Notes: generated from the sequence alone by a model not told the origin. A stretch of DNA of 64,000 bases from a bacterium (GCA_963662285.2 CAXXMV010000001.1:96001-160000); one strand, 5' to 3'. Counted from the stretch's first letter, positions 49,075 to 61,200 are shown. Made by a program: numbers and translations.

Positions 49075-52000
49075 ATGAATAACAAATCCTATGTTTTTTC
49101 AGTCTTTTTACTGTTGGTCATATTTTTCTTATTTCCTTCGTCCATTCTTTTGGCGCAGACTGGCCTATTAAAAGGCGATGTTACACGAGATGGAACAATC
49201 GACGGCCGGGATGCTTTACGCATCCTTCAACATATTGAAGGCGTTATTACCCTATCGGACGATCAGGTTCAGCAAGGCGATGTTTATCCATTGCCAGACG
49301 GTAATGGTGCATCCGGCGGCGATGGCATTTTGAGCCAGGATGATGCGCTAACTATTCTGCGAATCGGCGTTGGTTTAATCACTGCTGGAGACATATCGAA
49401 CAATTTTAACGAATCTCCTCCGGTCATCGATGATTTCGAACCCCAAAGCGCAATCTCCGGGGAAACAATAACCATCACAGGTTCGAATTTTCCCACAGCG
49501 CATCCAACGGAAACCATCTTATTGATCGGCAGCCTTCCCGTGGAGATTCTCTCCATCGAAAACAATGCTATAAAATTCCTGATTCCTGAAATAGCCCAAA
49601 GCGGGATTCTTCGCCTTTTTACTCCAGGGGGGGTCGCCGAAAGTTCCAACCCGTTATTCATCCTGACGGGAACGCCAGGCGTCCTGAAACTAGAAGAGAA
49701 TTCCAATCTCAAAGATTTCATGGTATTCACGCCTTATGACGCCGTGGAGATTGAAAATACAAACGGCTTATTTACGCTTCACTTACCACTGGATACGATG
49801 GTGCTTATCGGCGCGTCTTCCAGTGCGGAAAATCGACCGGGCATCTATCTTTACTTGCGTTTGCCTGATGAAGCGGCTTCGACTCAACCGTTTCAGATCG
49901 ATGAGTATTCCACCGCCAAAGCCCTGGTCTTTTTTCATCCCTTTTTATCAACGAGAGATACCAATAGCGCGCGCTACCTTTTTAATCTGATGGAGCAGAC
50001 GCCGGAAGTGCAGGCGCTGGCCGACACCATCGCGCAACGCTATCCCCTTGGAGCCGATGGCCTCGACGACCCGGAAGTTGGCACCGCATGGGAAAAGGCC
50101 GCTTCCGTAATACTGAACAAAGCCATCCAAAATCAAGCAGCCTTAGTGACGCAACAATCCGTATCCGTGAAATCCCCCCGGCGTGCAGCGTCGTATACAC
50201 AGTCCTCCAATATCGCTAACAAAATTAACTCTACGCCAGCTTTTCAAGATTCGGCCAAGATGGTTAAACCAATGGCCGAAGATTCCGGCGAACTACCAGT
50301 AAAAATTTATGGCATAGACGCCTTGTTTATCGCCCCGGAATACATCCCAGAAAAACACGGCATTAAGATGAAACTGGATAATTACAGCCCGATCGATTGG
50401 GTATCCACCCTATACCGTCTGGATACCAACGATATGCCGCGCGGCATCAACGAGTCGTTTCTCGGCATGAGAAACCGGGGCGTTCGCACGACGGGGTACG
50501 AAATATCCACTGTCGTGCCCGCCAATCAATGGACGGCTAAAATCGATCTGTTGTATTTCGCCGTCGATTGGTCGATTAATTCGATCCTGGAAAAATTCGT
50601 GGAAGGGGGAAACGTCCTTCCGCTTGAAGAAGGCGCCTTTAACCGCTTGGAAGACAGCGTGTATCTTCTTCATTCGTTCAGTGGATCGCTCTACACGGGC
50701 CTCGAACATGAAAAACCGGATTTCAAGGCCATCCAAGCGCTTAATACAGGAAATACGATGGCCCTCTATTCCACCTCTATAAACATCACGATCGCCGCCG
50801 TCGATCTCTGGGATCTGCTTACCGGCGAATCCAAGCGTTGGACGCGCGCCGCCATGAAAAAAGGCATTCAAAACGCCGTTCGTAAAATCTCACAACGGCT
50901 TTCCAATGTGTCTTTGGAAACAGTAACAGCTAGTGATATTATCGGAATACTTTTAGAAGGAACCGTTGAAGCCGTCAAAGGCGGTCTTACCTCGGCTCCC
51001 CAGGGCTTAATCACCTGGAGTCATAAAAAACTGGGTGAAGAAGCAGAGGAAAAACTTAAGCAAGCCCAAGGCAAATTACAAAAATCATGCTTGCAATGCA
51101 TGAGCCGCGCCAATGCCGTACTTGGAGCGTTGGACAAAATATCGTCATTCGGCCGCGTCGCCGAGCGGCTTCTGGGATTGATTGGCCGCTTGATCAACGT
51201 CTACGATTTCGAACTGTCCGAAGCTGTTTCGCCGCTCGAATCCCATCTCATTGTTGTCGGCGATCCCTTCAGTCCCTCGGCCTATTCCATGGCGCCCACC
51301 GAAGGCGCACCCGGTACAGAAGTTACCATTCTGGGCTATCTCTTCGCCTCCAAACCCGAAGACAACACTGTTCTGTTCGGCAATAGAGAAGCCAAAGTTT
51401 TATCGGTTGATAAAAGAGAAAAACTAGTGGTGGAGGTTCCTCAAGGCCTGAATTACAACTACGAACAGCAAATCAGCATTGAAACTCCCGCAATGATGAA
51501 AGCGGCCATCGTACCTCAAAAATTCAAGATAAAACGAATTCCCTACATTACATCTGTAACCCCCCTTCGAGTCTTCTCATCTGTTGCCAATGATGATCCC
51601 GGTCCCTTTGCCGGAATGTTTTCCTCCATCTCAATCAAAGGTTCGGGTCTTAGATCGACCACCGAAACGCCCGATAGAGTCTTTCTGGACGATCTGGAAT
51701 TGACGAATCTATACATAACGGCCAATGAGATACAGGCTACGCTTCCGCCGAATCTGCCATCGAAAAACTACCTGGTTACCATTGTTTCTCCCGACAACGA
51801 CGATTATCGAGCTATAGGTCCCTATATCGATATCATGGGCAAACCGGTAGCGCAAAAACTTTCACCCGCCGAAGCCAGAGCCGGACAATACATCACCATC
51901 ACCGGCTATGACTTTGGCTCCACAACCATCGCCGTCAAAGTAGGCGGCGTTCTCTCACCGGAAATCAAGAAAGTCAGTGATACCGAGGTCATCTTTCGCA

Positions 52001-55000
52001 TGCCCACTGTGGGGAAGGAAGGCGAATCCCTGTCGGTCGTCGTAATCACTCCAGCCGGAACCAGCGGCAATCTTTCCATCAAACGCGCGGCGGGTTACGA
52101 AGATACTCTCGCACCTGGCACTGAACGCTTTATTATTAACGTGAATTCTTACAAAAGCGGCGTCGACGCCGACGGCGAATTGACCCTGGATGAAGCCGCA
52201 AACATCGCACGAGGCGATATCGATCCTTTTGCGCCTCCCTGGGACGATAAAAACGAAATCTGGACGCACAACTTTTTTCAGGTTAAACGATACGATGATC
52301 AAGGCAACCCTTATTATATCTGGGAAGAAGGTGATATCGAAAAAGAAATGAAAGCCGGTGGTCTCGGCTTGGAACAAATCGAACATTACCGCATCGATCG
52401 TTATCACATGGATAATGGGGGAACTAAATCCGACAAATATTTCGTAAAAACAGAATCGCTTGACGAGGAAGGCTCTAAGGAAGAGGGCGATTTTGTCTCT
52501 TCTCTGTATACGGGCGAGTATTCCGGTGGACAAGGTTACGCTGACAGGATTCAGATTTCCGACGATATAGACGGAAACAGTACTTTTCATGCGGTTGACC
52601 TGGTCCTTACCGACTACGACTCCTTGATTTTGCCTCACGAATCCCTGCTCTCCCTGGGAGGCCGTGGCATTCAAATTACCAAAGGAAGCCTAATTGATAT
52701 CGGTAAGGTCGTGTGTGAAACTGGTGACGCTCTCACCATCACGGGCATAAAGAATGACGTTAATCTTCATATCCTGAATTCCGGCGCCAACGGAATCATT
52801 ATGCAAGAGGCGGTCGGCAACACAATCCGTGGAGAAGTTGAAAATTGCAAAGAGTATGGCGTAAAGGTTGAAAAAGGCGGAGACAACCGTATTTTCGCCG
52901 ATATCCGCAATGCTGGGAAACACGGTATTTTACTCGACCGCAGCAACCAAAACCGGATTGGAACGTCTTTCGATAAACAGATCATCGAAGGTTGCGGTTC
53001 ACATGGCATCTATATCAAAGAATCCAACCAGACAAGAATCAGCGAGACCGTCGTCTCTGAAAACCAGGGAGACGGTATCGTGCTGGAGAATAGTTCGCTT
53101 TGCGAATTCTACAGTTTACAACTTGCGGGCAACAACAGCGGCTTAGTTTTGTTTGGCCCCAATACCGTCAATAATACCATTTCTTCCGTCTATATCGGTT
53201 ACATCGACTCAAATCTCAAAGACAACCAGACAAAGAAACTGATAAAAATGCACAATCAATACGGAGTGCATCTTTATGGAAAAGCTTCGTCTAATACCTT
53301 GAGCGGCATCAATATCTTTCAGACGGGCGATCATGGCATGTTGATAGAAGACGATGGAACCACCTTGAACTCATTTAACCATTGCTCTGTCGGGATGCCA
53401 TCAGAATGGCTCTCTCTTCTTAATGGCGATGCAATCCAATGGCCAGCCGCCAGCGCCGCAGATGGTCTGGTAGTTCAGAAAGGCGCTAAACAAAACCGCT
53501 TTTATCGAGTAGATATCAATCACCAAACCGGCAACGGCATAGTGTTGAAAGACGCAGGTACAGATAACAATGTCTTCGACAGCCTGCAAATTGGACTATA
53601 CATGGAATCAAATAAGGCCAACAAAAATTTATTTAAAAACGGCGGCTGGGGCGCCGTTGTCAAAGAAGGACCGCTAAACACACTCTTTACCAACTGTTAC
53701 GGCGGGTATAACGAAAAAGGCGGTTTCCAGGTCGATTCCAACCAAATCGATGCACCGGTCGATGCGCACAACACCACCTTCACGTTTTGCTATGCCGGTT
53801 ATACGATGGATGACAACTATAAACCCAAATATTACGTCGAAGGTCTTCCCACTGGGGTTGGATTCGATCTTCTAAATTGTTCGAATGTCTTTGTGGATCG
53901 ATGCAATTCGTGGGGCTATCAATACGGTCTGTCCATTTCCGGCGCCCTGTCCGTCAATAATGACATCTGGTCTGGTCTATACCGCGACGCCGCCGATGCG
54001 GGCATCCTGGCATTTCAACTGACCAGTCCCAACCGGATCGCGAATTCCAGTTTCATGGAATGCAGCAAAGTCGGGATTCTTGTGAAAGAGTGCAGCGATC
54101 AAACTCTGTTGATGTGCCGTTCGTCGGGATTTAACGCCCTCAAGGATAACAGCGTCAATCTTCGAATTGAAAAATCGCAGAACATTCGCGTTGAAGACGC
54201 CAGTTTCGGAAACACCCTGCTGAACGGCGTCGAAATTGATAATTCCAATACCATTTCTTTTCTCGATCTCTGGACGAGTCAAGCCGGGAATCATGGCGTG
54301 ATGATTACGGGAGAATCCCGAAAAATCTCACTAGAGAATTGCACCGTCAACGAGAATTACGGCGACGGACTACATGTTGTCTCCTCCCAGGATATAACAT
54401 TTCTTTCGGGACGCATCGATCGAAACGGTTTGTCCGGTATTTCGTTCGAGAATGTGACTAATGCGCAGATTGTAGACGCAGAGATTAATCAGAATTCCAA
54501 CCACGGTATTACTATTTCCGGCGAAAACACCGAAAACATTTCAGTGCGTGGTTCTTCCATTGCAAGCAATACCTTGAATGGGATATACGCTCTGCAAGGC
54601 AAGGGAATTCACATTGGCGACGCTTTAACCGGTTCTGAGCAGAAAAACTATTTTGAATGCAACGAAGCTGCGGGAATTTACGCGGAAGGAAACGGGACGC
54701 AAATCTCTATCGTGAATAATAAAATCGGATCCGGCCGCTACTCTTCCTCGTACAGTTATAGTTCCGGCAATAAAACAGGAATCGTTCTAGCGAAAGGAAT
54801 CCAATCAACCCTCATCCAGAACAACACCATCACGAAGAATACGGGCGAAGGAATTATACTTCGGGAAGGAGCCAACCGCCATTATATCGTGAATAACGAT
54901 ATCCAACAAAATGGAGGACACGGCGTACTGGTTGACGGATCTGATACCATCCGCAACACCATCACGATGAACTCCATTTCCGAAAATGGGGGAAAAGGCA

Positions 55001-57060
55001 TCGCACTCGTCAACGGCGGTAACGAATCGCTTCAAGCCCCCATTATCGATAAAGTCACCTGGATGGGTGAAAACATCTGGGGCGACGCGTCCGTCCCGGA
55101 TGGAAGCTCCATCGAAGTATATTTCGATCCCGATGACGAAGGACTGTTTGTCGCTGGCGTTGGAAAGGTTTTCAAGGATCGTTTCAACGTGGCGGGCGGG
55201 TACGATCCATCCATGAAACTGCACGGCATCGTCATCGATCCCAGTGGCAACACCTCAGAGTTCGGCCCTACCGATATCCAACCGGAACGATCCGATTCTT
55301 TCGTCTATACCGCCGAACAGAATGGCGGCAAGGATATCTATTATAAACCAAGCGGAAACGAATTACCCATCCAATTGACTACCCATCCTGCGGCGGATTA
55401 CTCGCCCTTCGCTTCCAGCGACGGTTCATCCATCCTCTTCGTTTCAGAACGACAGGGGAATCCCGATCTATGGCTGTACAATACCAAAAATGGCGAAGAA
55501 AGTCCGCTCACCACTTCCACCGCCGCAGAAATCGATCCGTACCTGGAACCGGATGGCGAGAATTTATTGTACGCTTCAAATGAAAGCGGAAAATTCAATA
55601 TTTATCGGATGCCTTTATCCAGCAATGGCTCAGGCAACTCAGTCGCATTCACAGATGGCCCCATAGATAGCGGCATCGCCGCGCTGAAAGATTCTCAATA
55701 CGCCATTCGCATCCTGACCGAAAAAGCAGGCGTGCTGGATAAAATCTCGTTCTTCATTCAAGGCGATCCCGCTCCCTTTGCCTGGATGGTAACCGATTGG
55801 AATGTTTCCGAACCCGGCGAAACTGTTTTTGCCGAAGATATTGCATCGCCAAACGAAACCGGTTGGTTTGAGATCGATATCGAAGACCTTTCTCTTCCCG
55901 CCGATTTCGCTATCCATGTCAAAATGCTCGAAGATAACAAACCAGTGTTGGGGAAAGCGCCGGCTGCGATGGGCATGTTCTCCTGGACTTATTTTCTCTC
56001 TTCCTTGGATTCCTGGAACACCTTAGGCATGGAAATCATGCTCCGGGCCGATTTCTTGTCTTCTGAACCTCCGCGATTAACCCAAAACGATGGAGACAAT
56101 CGGCAACCCGCTGTATCGCCGGAAGGAAACGAAATCGCATACTCTTCCAATAGCGCAGGTTCTTTCGATATTTGGATCATGGATTCTAACGGTTTGAATC
56201 CCCGCAAAATCACCGATGGCAAGGGTAGTAATACACATCCTGTATGGACTTCCGACAGTGAGAAAATCGTCTTCGCTTCTGATCGGGACGGTCAATCCGA
56301 TCTGTATCAAATCAACGCCGACGGCAGTGGTTTAATCCGCTTAACCCAGAACCAAGGCTTCGACGGTGATCCGGCATGGAGCCTCGATGGCAAACGGATT
56401 CTCTTCACTTCCGATCGGGATGCAGGAGCGGAAATTTACTCGATGATATCAGGAGAAACCCGCATCGAACGCCTGACGTTTTCGATCGACGGAGTAAGTC
56501 AACCCCATGCCGCGCCCTCGATTACGATAGTTACAGTGAATACAAAGTCGATGATCGTATCAAAGGCCGCTGCAACGGACGAAAATCTGCTGAATCCAAT
56601 GAGCGCACCGACCGAACTCTACTTAGAAGTCTCTCCCGCTAAAGCCAAACCCGGCGAGACCGTCAAACTTTCCATTCAGGCCGTCAATGCTGAAAAACTT
56701 GGGAATGTCGCATTCGATGTGAGATTCGATCCCGATTTATTGAACCTGTCTAAAATGACGCTGAGTTCAACATTCCAATCCGGTTCGCTTCATGTCATGA
56801 ACCCGGAATCTCTGTCTGATGTCAATGGTATATTGCGATGGAACTGGATTCATTCCTTTGGCGCTTCGGGTGATCCCGAAATAATGTCACTGGAATTCGA
56901 AATCGATGGCAATGCGGATAGTGAAACTACTTATGTTAAGATATCCAATGCGCATTGGTTCAACGCAGATATATATCCTTTGGATATTCAACCGGCCAGT
57001 ATCCAGGTTGTTATCGAAAAAGAAGAAACGTCTATCGAGCAATGGTTTCTCTATGAATAA
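49075..57060 (+). CDS. giant secreted multidomain protein: dockerin, IPT/TIG, parallel beta-helix, PD40/TolB-like propeller, cohesin
   Basis: GDVTRDGTIDGRDAL (dockerin); PGTEVTILG/GQYITITG (IPT); N.G.GI repeats; P.WS.DG..I.F.SDRDG; AKPGETVKLSI...FDVRFDP (cohesin); tail TSIEQWFLYE. Confidence 0.9.
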   Translation: MNNKSYVFSVFLLLVIFFLFPSSILLAQTGLLKGDVTRDGTIDGRDALRILQHIEGVITLSDDQVQQGDVYPLPDGNGASGGDGILSQDDALTILRIGVGLITAGDISNNFNESPPVIDDFEPQSAISGETITITGSNFPTAHPTETILLIGSLPVEILSIENNAIKFLIPEIAQSGILRLFTPGGVAESSNPLFILTGTPGVLKLEENSNLKDFMVFTPYDAVEIENTNGLFTLHLPLDTMVLIGASSSAENRPGIYLYLRLPDEAASTQPFQIDEYSTAKALVFFHPFLSTRDTNSARYLFNLMEQTPEVQALADTIAQRYPLGADGLDDPEVGTAWEKAASVILNKAIQNQAALVTQQSVSVKSPRRAASYTQSSNIANKINSTPAFQDSAKMVKPMAEDSGELPVKIYGIDALFIAPEYIPEKHGIKMKLDNYSPIDWVSTLYRLDTNDMPRGINESFLGMRNRGVRTTGYEISTVVPANQWTAKIDLLYFAVDWSINSILEKFVEGGNVLPLEEGAFNRLEDSVYLLHSFSGSLYTGLEHEKPDFKAIQALNTGNTMALYSTSINITIAAVDLWDLLTGESKRWTRAAMKKGIQNAVRKISQRLSNVSLETVTASDIIGILLEGTVEAVKGGLTSAPQGLITWSHKKLGEEAEEKLKQAQGKLQKSCLQCMSRANAVLGALDKISSFGRVAERLLGLIGRLINVYDFELSEAVSPLESHLIVVGDPFSPSAYSMAPTEGAPGTEVTILGYLFASKPEDNTVLFGNREAKVLSVDKREKLVVEVPQGLNYNYEQQISIETPAMMKAAIVPQKFKIKRIPYITSVTPLRVFSSVANDDPGPFAGMFSSISIKGSGLRSTTETPDRVFLDDLELTNLYITANEIQATLPPNLPSKNYLVTIVSPDNDDYRAIGPYIDIMGKPVAQKLSPAEARAGQYITITGYDFGSTTIAVKVGGVLSPEIKKVSDTEVIFRMPTVGKEGESLSVVVITPAGTSGNLSIKRAAGYEDTLAPGTERFIINVNSYKSGVDADGELTLDEAANIARGDIDPFAPPWDDKNEIWTHNFFQVKRYDDQGNPYYIWEEGDIEKEMKAGGLGLEQIEHYRIDRYHMDNGGTKSDKYFVKTESLDEEGSKEEGDFVSSLYTGEYSGGQGYADRIQISDDIDGNSTFHAVDLVLTDYDSLILPHESLLSLGGRGIQITKGSLIDIGKVVCETGDALTITGIKNDVNLHILNSGANGIIMQEAVGNTIRGEVENCKEYGVKVEKGGDNRIFADIRNAGKHGILLDRSNQNRIGTSFDKQIIEGCGSHGIYIKESNQTRISETVVSENQGDGIVLENSSLCEFYSLQLAGNNSGLVLFGPNTVNNTISSVYIGYIDSNLKDNQTKKLIKMHNQYGVHLYGKASSNTLSGINIFQTGDHGMLIEDDGTTLNSFNHCSVGMPSEWLSLLNGDAIQWPAASAADGLVVQKGAKQNRFYRVDINHQTGNGIVLKDAGTDNNVFDSLQIGLYMESNKANKNLFKNGGWGAVVKEGPLNTLFTNCYGGYNEKGGFQVDSNQIDAPVDAHNTTFTFCYAGYTMDDNYKPKYYVEGLPTGVGFDLLNCSNVFVDRCNSWGYQYGLSISGALSVNNDIWSGLYRDAADAGILAFQLTSPNRIANSSFMECSKVGILVKECSDQTLLMCRSSGFNALKDNSVNLRIEKSQNIRVEDASFGNTLLNGVEIDNSNTISFLDLWTSQAGNHGVMITGESRKISLENCTVNENYGDGLHVVSSQDITFLSGRIDRNGLSGISFENVTNAQIVDAEINQNSNHGITISGENTENISVRGSSIASNTLNGIYALQGKGIHIGDALTGSEQKNYFECNEAAGIYAEGNGTQISIVNNKIGSGRYSSSYSYSSGNKTGIVLAKGIQSTLIQNNTITKNTGEGIILREGANRHYIVNNDIQQNGGHGVLVDGSDTIRNTITMNSISENGGKGIALVNGGNESLQAPIIDKVTWMGENIWGDASVPDGSSIEVYFDPDDEGLFVAGVGKVFKDRFNVAGGYDPSMKLHGIVIDPSGNTSEFGPTDIQPERSDSFVYTAEQNGGKDIYYKPSGNELPIQLTTHPAADYSPFASSDGSSILFVSERQGNPDLWLYNTKNGEESPLTTSTAAEIDPYLEPDGENLLYASNESGKFNIYRMPLSSNGSGNSVAFTDGPIDSGIAALKDSQYAIRILTEKAGVLDKISFFIQGDPAPFAWMVTDWNVSEPGETVFAEDIASPNETGWFEIDIEDLSLPADFAIHVKMLEDNKPVLGKAPAAMGMFSWTYFLSSLDSWNTLGMEIMLRADFLSSEPPRLTQNDGDNRQPAVSPEGNEIAYSSNSAGSFDIWIMDSNGLNPRKITDGKGSNTHPVWTSDSEKIVFASDRDGQSDLYQINADGSGLIRLTQNQGFDGDPAWSLDGKRILFTSDRDAGAEIYSMISGETRIERLTFSIDGVSQPHAAPSITIVTVNTKSMIVSKAAATDENLLNPMSAPTELYLEVSPAKAKPGETVKLSIQAVNAEKLGNVAFDVRFDPDLLNLSKMTLSSTFQSGSLHVMNPESLSDVNGILRWNWIHSFGASGDPEIMSLEFEIDGNADSETTYVKISNAHWFNADIYPLDIQPASIQVVIEKEETSIEQWFLYE

Positions 57061-57249
57061 TGCTGAAAATTGATCGCCAATGATTTCGAAGAAGATATGA
57101 AAGCCGAACGCAATCTCTGTTGCATCCGCGTACGGATATTCTCAATACCATTATTAGTAATTGCTTCTGATTCGCTGCAAATCAAGATCAAACAAATTTA
57201 CAACAAATATCTACTACCAAGACCGTAAATAAGGGCTTATTCATCCTTA

Positions 57250-57587
57250 GTAACGATTTAGTCTTCCAAAAAAATAAAATACACTAAGCGTTACTTCTAA
57301 GCTGGTTTTGAAGTTATATGTGGTATGAACCGTAACCAAGAAACCGCTCTGCAAATTCTCCAGGAAATTCTGGAGAGCGTACGGGAAATGACCGAAGAGG
57401 CGATTCCCCCTCTCATTCAGGAAGCGGGAGCGAGAACACAGTCCGTTCTGATGACGGTTTTTCGCACACTCAAACGTCGTGGCTACAATCCGTCGGACGA
57501 AGTGGTAGACGCTCTAAAAACCGCCATCCGCACCAGTCAATTACCCCCTCTACCGCCTCCCCTGCCTTCAAACAACTAAATCGTTAC
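57250..57587 (+). mobile_element. IS66-derived MITE (338 bp, copy B)
   Basis: Perfect 13-bp TIRs GTAACGATTTAGT (57250-57262) and ACTAAATCGTTAC (57575-57587); internal 84-aa ORF joins an N-terminal piece to a TnpC-like C-terminus. Confidence 0.85.
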
Positions 57588-57790
57588 AGTTTTTTATTGG
57601 CCATCCAGGGGTAGTTGATATTTTGGTATTTCTCCATTTCACTCAATAATGCGGGTCGCCAGTTGCCGGATGGGTTTATCATAATCTTTGATCATCACTT
57701 TTTCTTCATGAATTTTCAAGAGCCTTCCTTTACCATCCGATCCCATAACCCGTATTTGGCGTTGGCTTCGCCTGTGGTTTATATACCAAA
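57588..57790 (-). pseudogene. possible remnant of a second transposase
   Basis: Two out-of-frame fragments RQIRVMGSDGKGRLLKIHEEKVMIKDYDKPIRQLA and PALLSEMEKYQNINYPWMANKKL abut the MITE end; the resemblance to a putative transposase family is from memory only. Confidence 0.35.
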
Positions 57791-58235
57791 ATATATTCTG
57801 AAACGGTCATACGATTCTTAAACCTATAACATTGATTTGTTAAAACTTAGGCGAGAGTTGTGGGAAATTAATGATAGAATAATTTGGGGTGGATAGTCTC
57901 ATGAAAATCGGTGATTATGAATGGATTATGCAAGTCTGGAGATACATTTTGCTTAGAGGTATTGCCGGTTGATCTGAGATCATTTCTAGTAATCCCGTTT
58001 AAATTCCTCCGTTATCTCCCCCATCCAATCAAAAAAATCATCGCCCAATAGGCTTTCCCCCAACTATTGCCCACTATGCCGCTTCATCGCGGCATAAATC
58101 AAACCGCCCTAAACGGAATAAAAATATTAGAGAGCAACAACAGCCGATAATTTATTAACAATTGTATCCATAGATCATGAAACAGAAAAATACTATGAAC
58201 ACATCATTCTTCGCTTGGGAACAAAAAATAATAGA

Positions 58236-61200
58236 TTAATACAACATCCAAGAATTCACACTTGTTTCATTCCCGCTAATTGTGATAACTGCATCTTTTG
58301 CAATTACAGATACGGGCGTTAAATTCACACTGTATGCTTCTGCGTTATTGATAGAAACTACCGTGTCAGGATGAATCGTTTTTTCGTTAATCATGAAATT
58401 CAAACGGATTTCCGAGAGGTCTGACGTCAATCCTTCCGCGCCAATCCAATTCAACCGTACGGGTGTTAAGTGAGCCGGATAATCGGGCGGATTGATTTCA
58501 TAAAGAGAATGTTCCGTTTGAAATTCCAGCGATGGAGATTCAACAAGACTGAGAATAACGGGATTATAGGCAATTTCCAAATCTAAATTACCGAGGGATT
58601 GAGCCCCGATTAATTGAAGAAGAATTTCCGCCACCGATCCCGGTTTGGCTTCCGCATCCATCATTTGCAAAGCGATCTCACCTACTGTCAGCGGTTCCAA
58701 TACGCTCATGGTTTGAGTTGTTTTTGTCAGCATGGGTTTGTTGGGAATCCGATTTTCCAGACTCTGAGCTTCAAATGCACCCGTTTCGGGATATCGCGCA
58801 TCCAATGTTCCGATCGTCACACGATGGGGAACGGGATTGTAAACGTTCAACGAATTGATTTCATAATTCCCCAAGCGGTTCGTTGAATAGAGTATGCGGT
58901 CGCCGCTCTGGCTCCATCCCGGATCCGTGTCATCCGCTTCATTCTGAGTCAATCGAACGGCGTCGCCGCCATCCACGTTCATCATGTAGATTTCCGGGTT
59001 TCCATCTCGATCCGATACAAAACCGATCTTCGAGCCTTGTGGAGACCAGGAAGGCTGACGGCTGTTGCCATTGCCCTGGGTGAGGTTGATAAGATTGCTG
59101 CCATCCGTATTCATCAGCCAGATGTCCTCATTCCCCGCCCGGGTGGAAGTAAAAGCGACCGTATTCCCGTCTGGAGAAATGGCCGGATACCGGTCGATGC
59201 CGGGATCATTGGTAAGCCGCGTTGGACCCGCAGGTGCAGGATCTACAGCAATGGCCTTCATCATGACGTACTGAGCGAACGATTTGGATAAATTCCATTG
59301 ATCGAAATTCTCAAAATACCGGTGCATCCAGGTATGCCCCTCTTCGCCAGCGCTGGCGATTCCCAACTGAGGTTTGTAATCTTCCTCAAAATAAATCATG
59401 ACAATATATTGCTCGGGCACTTGCAATTCCCCAACGCTGATCGTGTGCCAGCCTGTCTCCGTGATATTCTCTTCACCTTCCGCGAGTATTTCATCCGGCT
59501 TGGCTTGCCAATTCGCATACGGGAAGATTTTCCACCGGATGGGCGCTGGATCGGCGGAAATGTATACCTGAAATTCAGTAAGCAATTCCGGTCCATAATT
59601 AAACTGAGTTCCCAGGCCATTCCCCATCGTATCAGACCGCGCGTAAATCTCGGCGTTGGGATCGTCTCCTCCGCTAAAATAAGAAAGTACGATACTGTCC
59701 CCGCCTTCTCCTCCACCGGATTCCGAAACGGCTTGCATGTAAATTTCGGGATTCCCATCCCGGTCTGAAACAAAAAGAAAATGATCGCCGTCCGCCATCC
59801 AAACGGGATCGTAATCGGGCGCCGTATTGTTCGTGAGCGAAGTGAGATCGAACGAATCCAATGTCAAATGCCAGATATCTGGATTGCCGCTCCGGCTGGA
59901 AACAAACAATACGTTATTCTGATCTTCGGATAGGCTTGGATCGTAATCTTTCGCGGGATCGTTCGTAATCCGCGCGGGACGTTTCAGCGTATCGTTGTAC
60001 AAATACAGATCGGTATTTCCGCCTGACGTTTCCGAGAATAGGAATGGATCGGTTTTGATATCGATAACGGTAGGCCCAAACTCAGATGTGTTGCCGTCAG
60101 GATGAGTGATGGTAGCATGGTATTTCATCCCTTTCGGGACAAATCCTTGGCAGATAAATTTCTTGCCAAACAGCATTCCAAGCCCAATCAGGATTTCTCC
60201 TTCATCATCCATATCGGCAAACACTTCGACAATGCTTCCATCGGGCGCGTCTTGGTTTACTTTTCCAAACACCTGGCGTTGTTGACGCTCGACTTTGGTA
60301 ATGATCGGAGACTCGACCATGTCGTTGCCCCCGTTCAGCCGAATCCCCGCTCCATCGTTGTTGTATATGCTGTTTTGCGAGATATGATTAAACCGGGAAG
60401 CCGCTCCTTCAACATGGATGCCATTCTCTCCATTCGACTTGATTCGATTTCTCGTAATCGAGTTCGTGTTGGCGCCATCTCTGATGTAAATGCCATGACG
60501 CTTATTCAAGAGAAAAAGATTGCCTTGAATCAGATTGTGCTTTGCGCCTTGCTCTAAGACCACTCCGTCCTGATTTCCCCAGGAGGCCATGGGATCTTTT
60601 TCATACCGTGCGGGAACGCCAATCGCGTTCCCTAGAATGCGGACTCTTGTATTCTCTCCCTGAACGAGAACGCCTGCGTTGTCGTTCATCTCGATGTAAT
60701 TGCCCCACTTATCATTGTTCGAGCCGATGGTGATATCCTGTCCTCCCTGAATCAAGCAAGCGGCTTCGTTTTCCGAGCGGTGAATATTGCAATTTATCAC
60801 TTGTACGTTTCTGGTTTGATCGCCGGTAATCCATAGACTTGTTCCTCCACCGGATAACGAGCCTCCCAAGCCGTTTTCGCCCATGATAATGTCCTGGCAA
60901 TTATCGATTTTAATACAGCCTTCTTCATTTTGGTTCATTTGGAATCCCCATTTAAAGTTCAAAGAACGTGATTCACCGATGAGTTCGACGTTCTTGGAAT
61001 TCTCCATCCAAATTCCCCAGGCTAGACTCTTCACGATTTCAAACATATCGAATACGAAATTCTTACAACCATTCAAAACGAAACCGTTTTGATCACTTTC
61101 GGATACCCAGAAATCCTTGAAATTGACCGTATCGCAATTGACCGCCCGAACTCCGTCTTTCCCATTGCGAGAAATATAGGCGTTTGTTACGCTGATATTT

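Noticed and set aside
51955-52674. 239-aa antisense ORF and other short ORFs inside the giant genes and carB
   Set aside because: Shadow ORFs of long, motif-supported genes.
43249-57595. 8-bp target-site duplication around the IS66-bracketed block
   Set aside because: Flanks AACTCTTT and AGTTTTTT match only 5/8 in T-rich DNA, so they are not counted as evidence.
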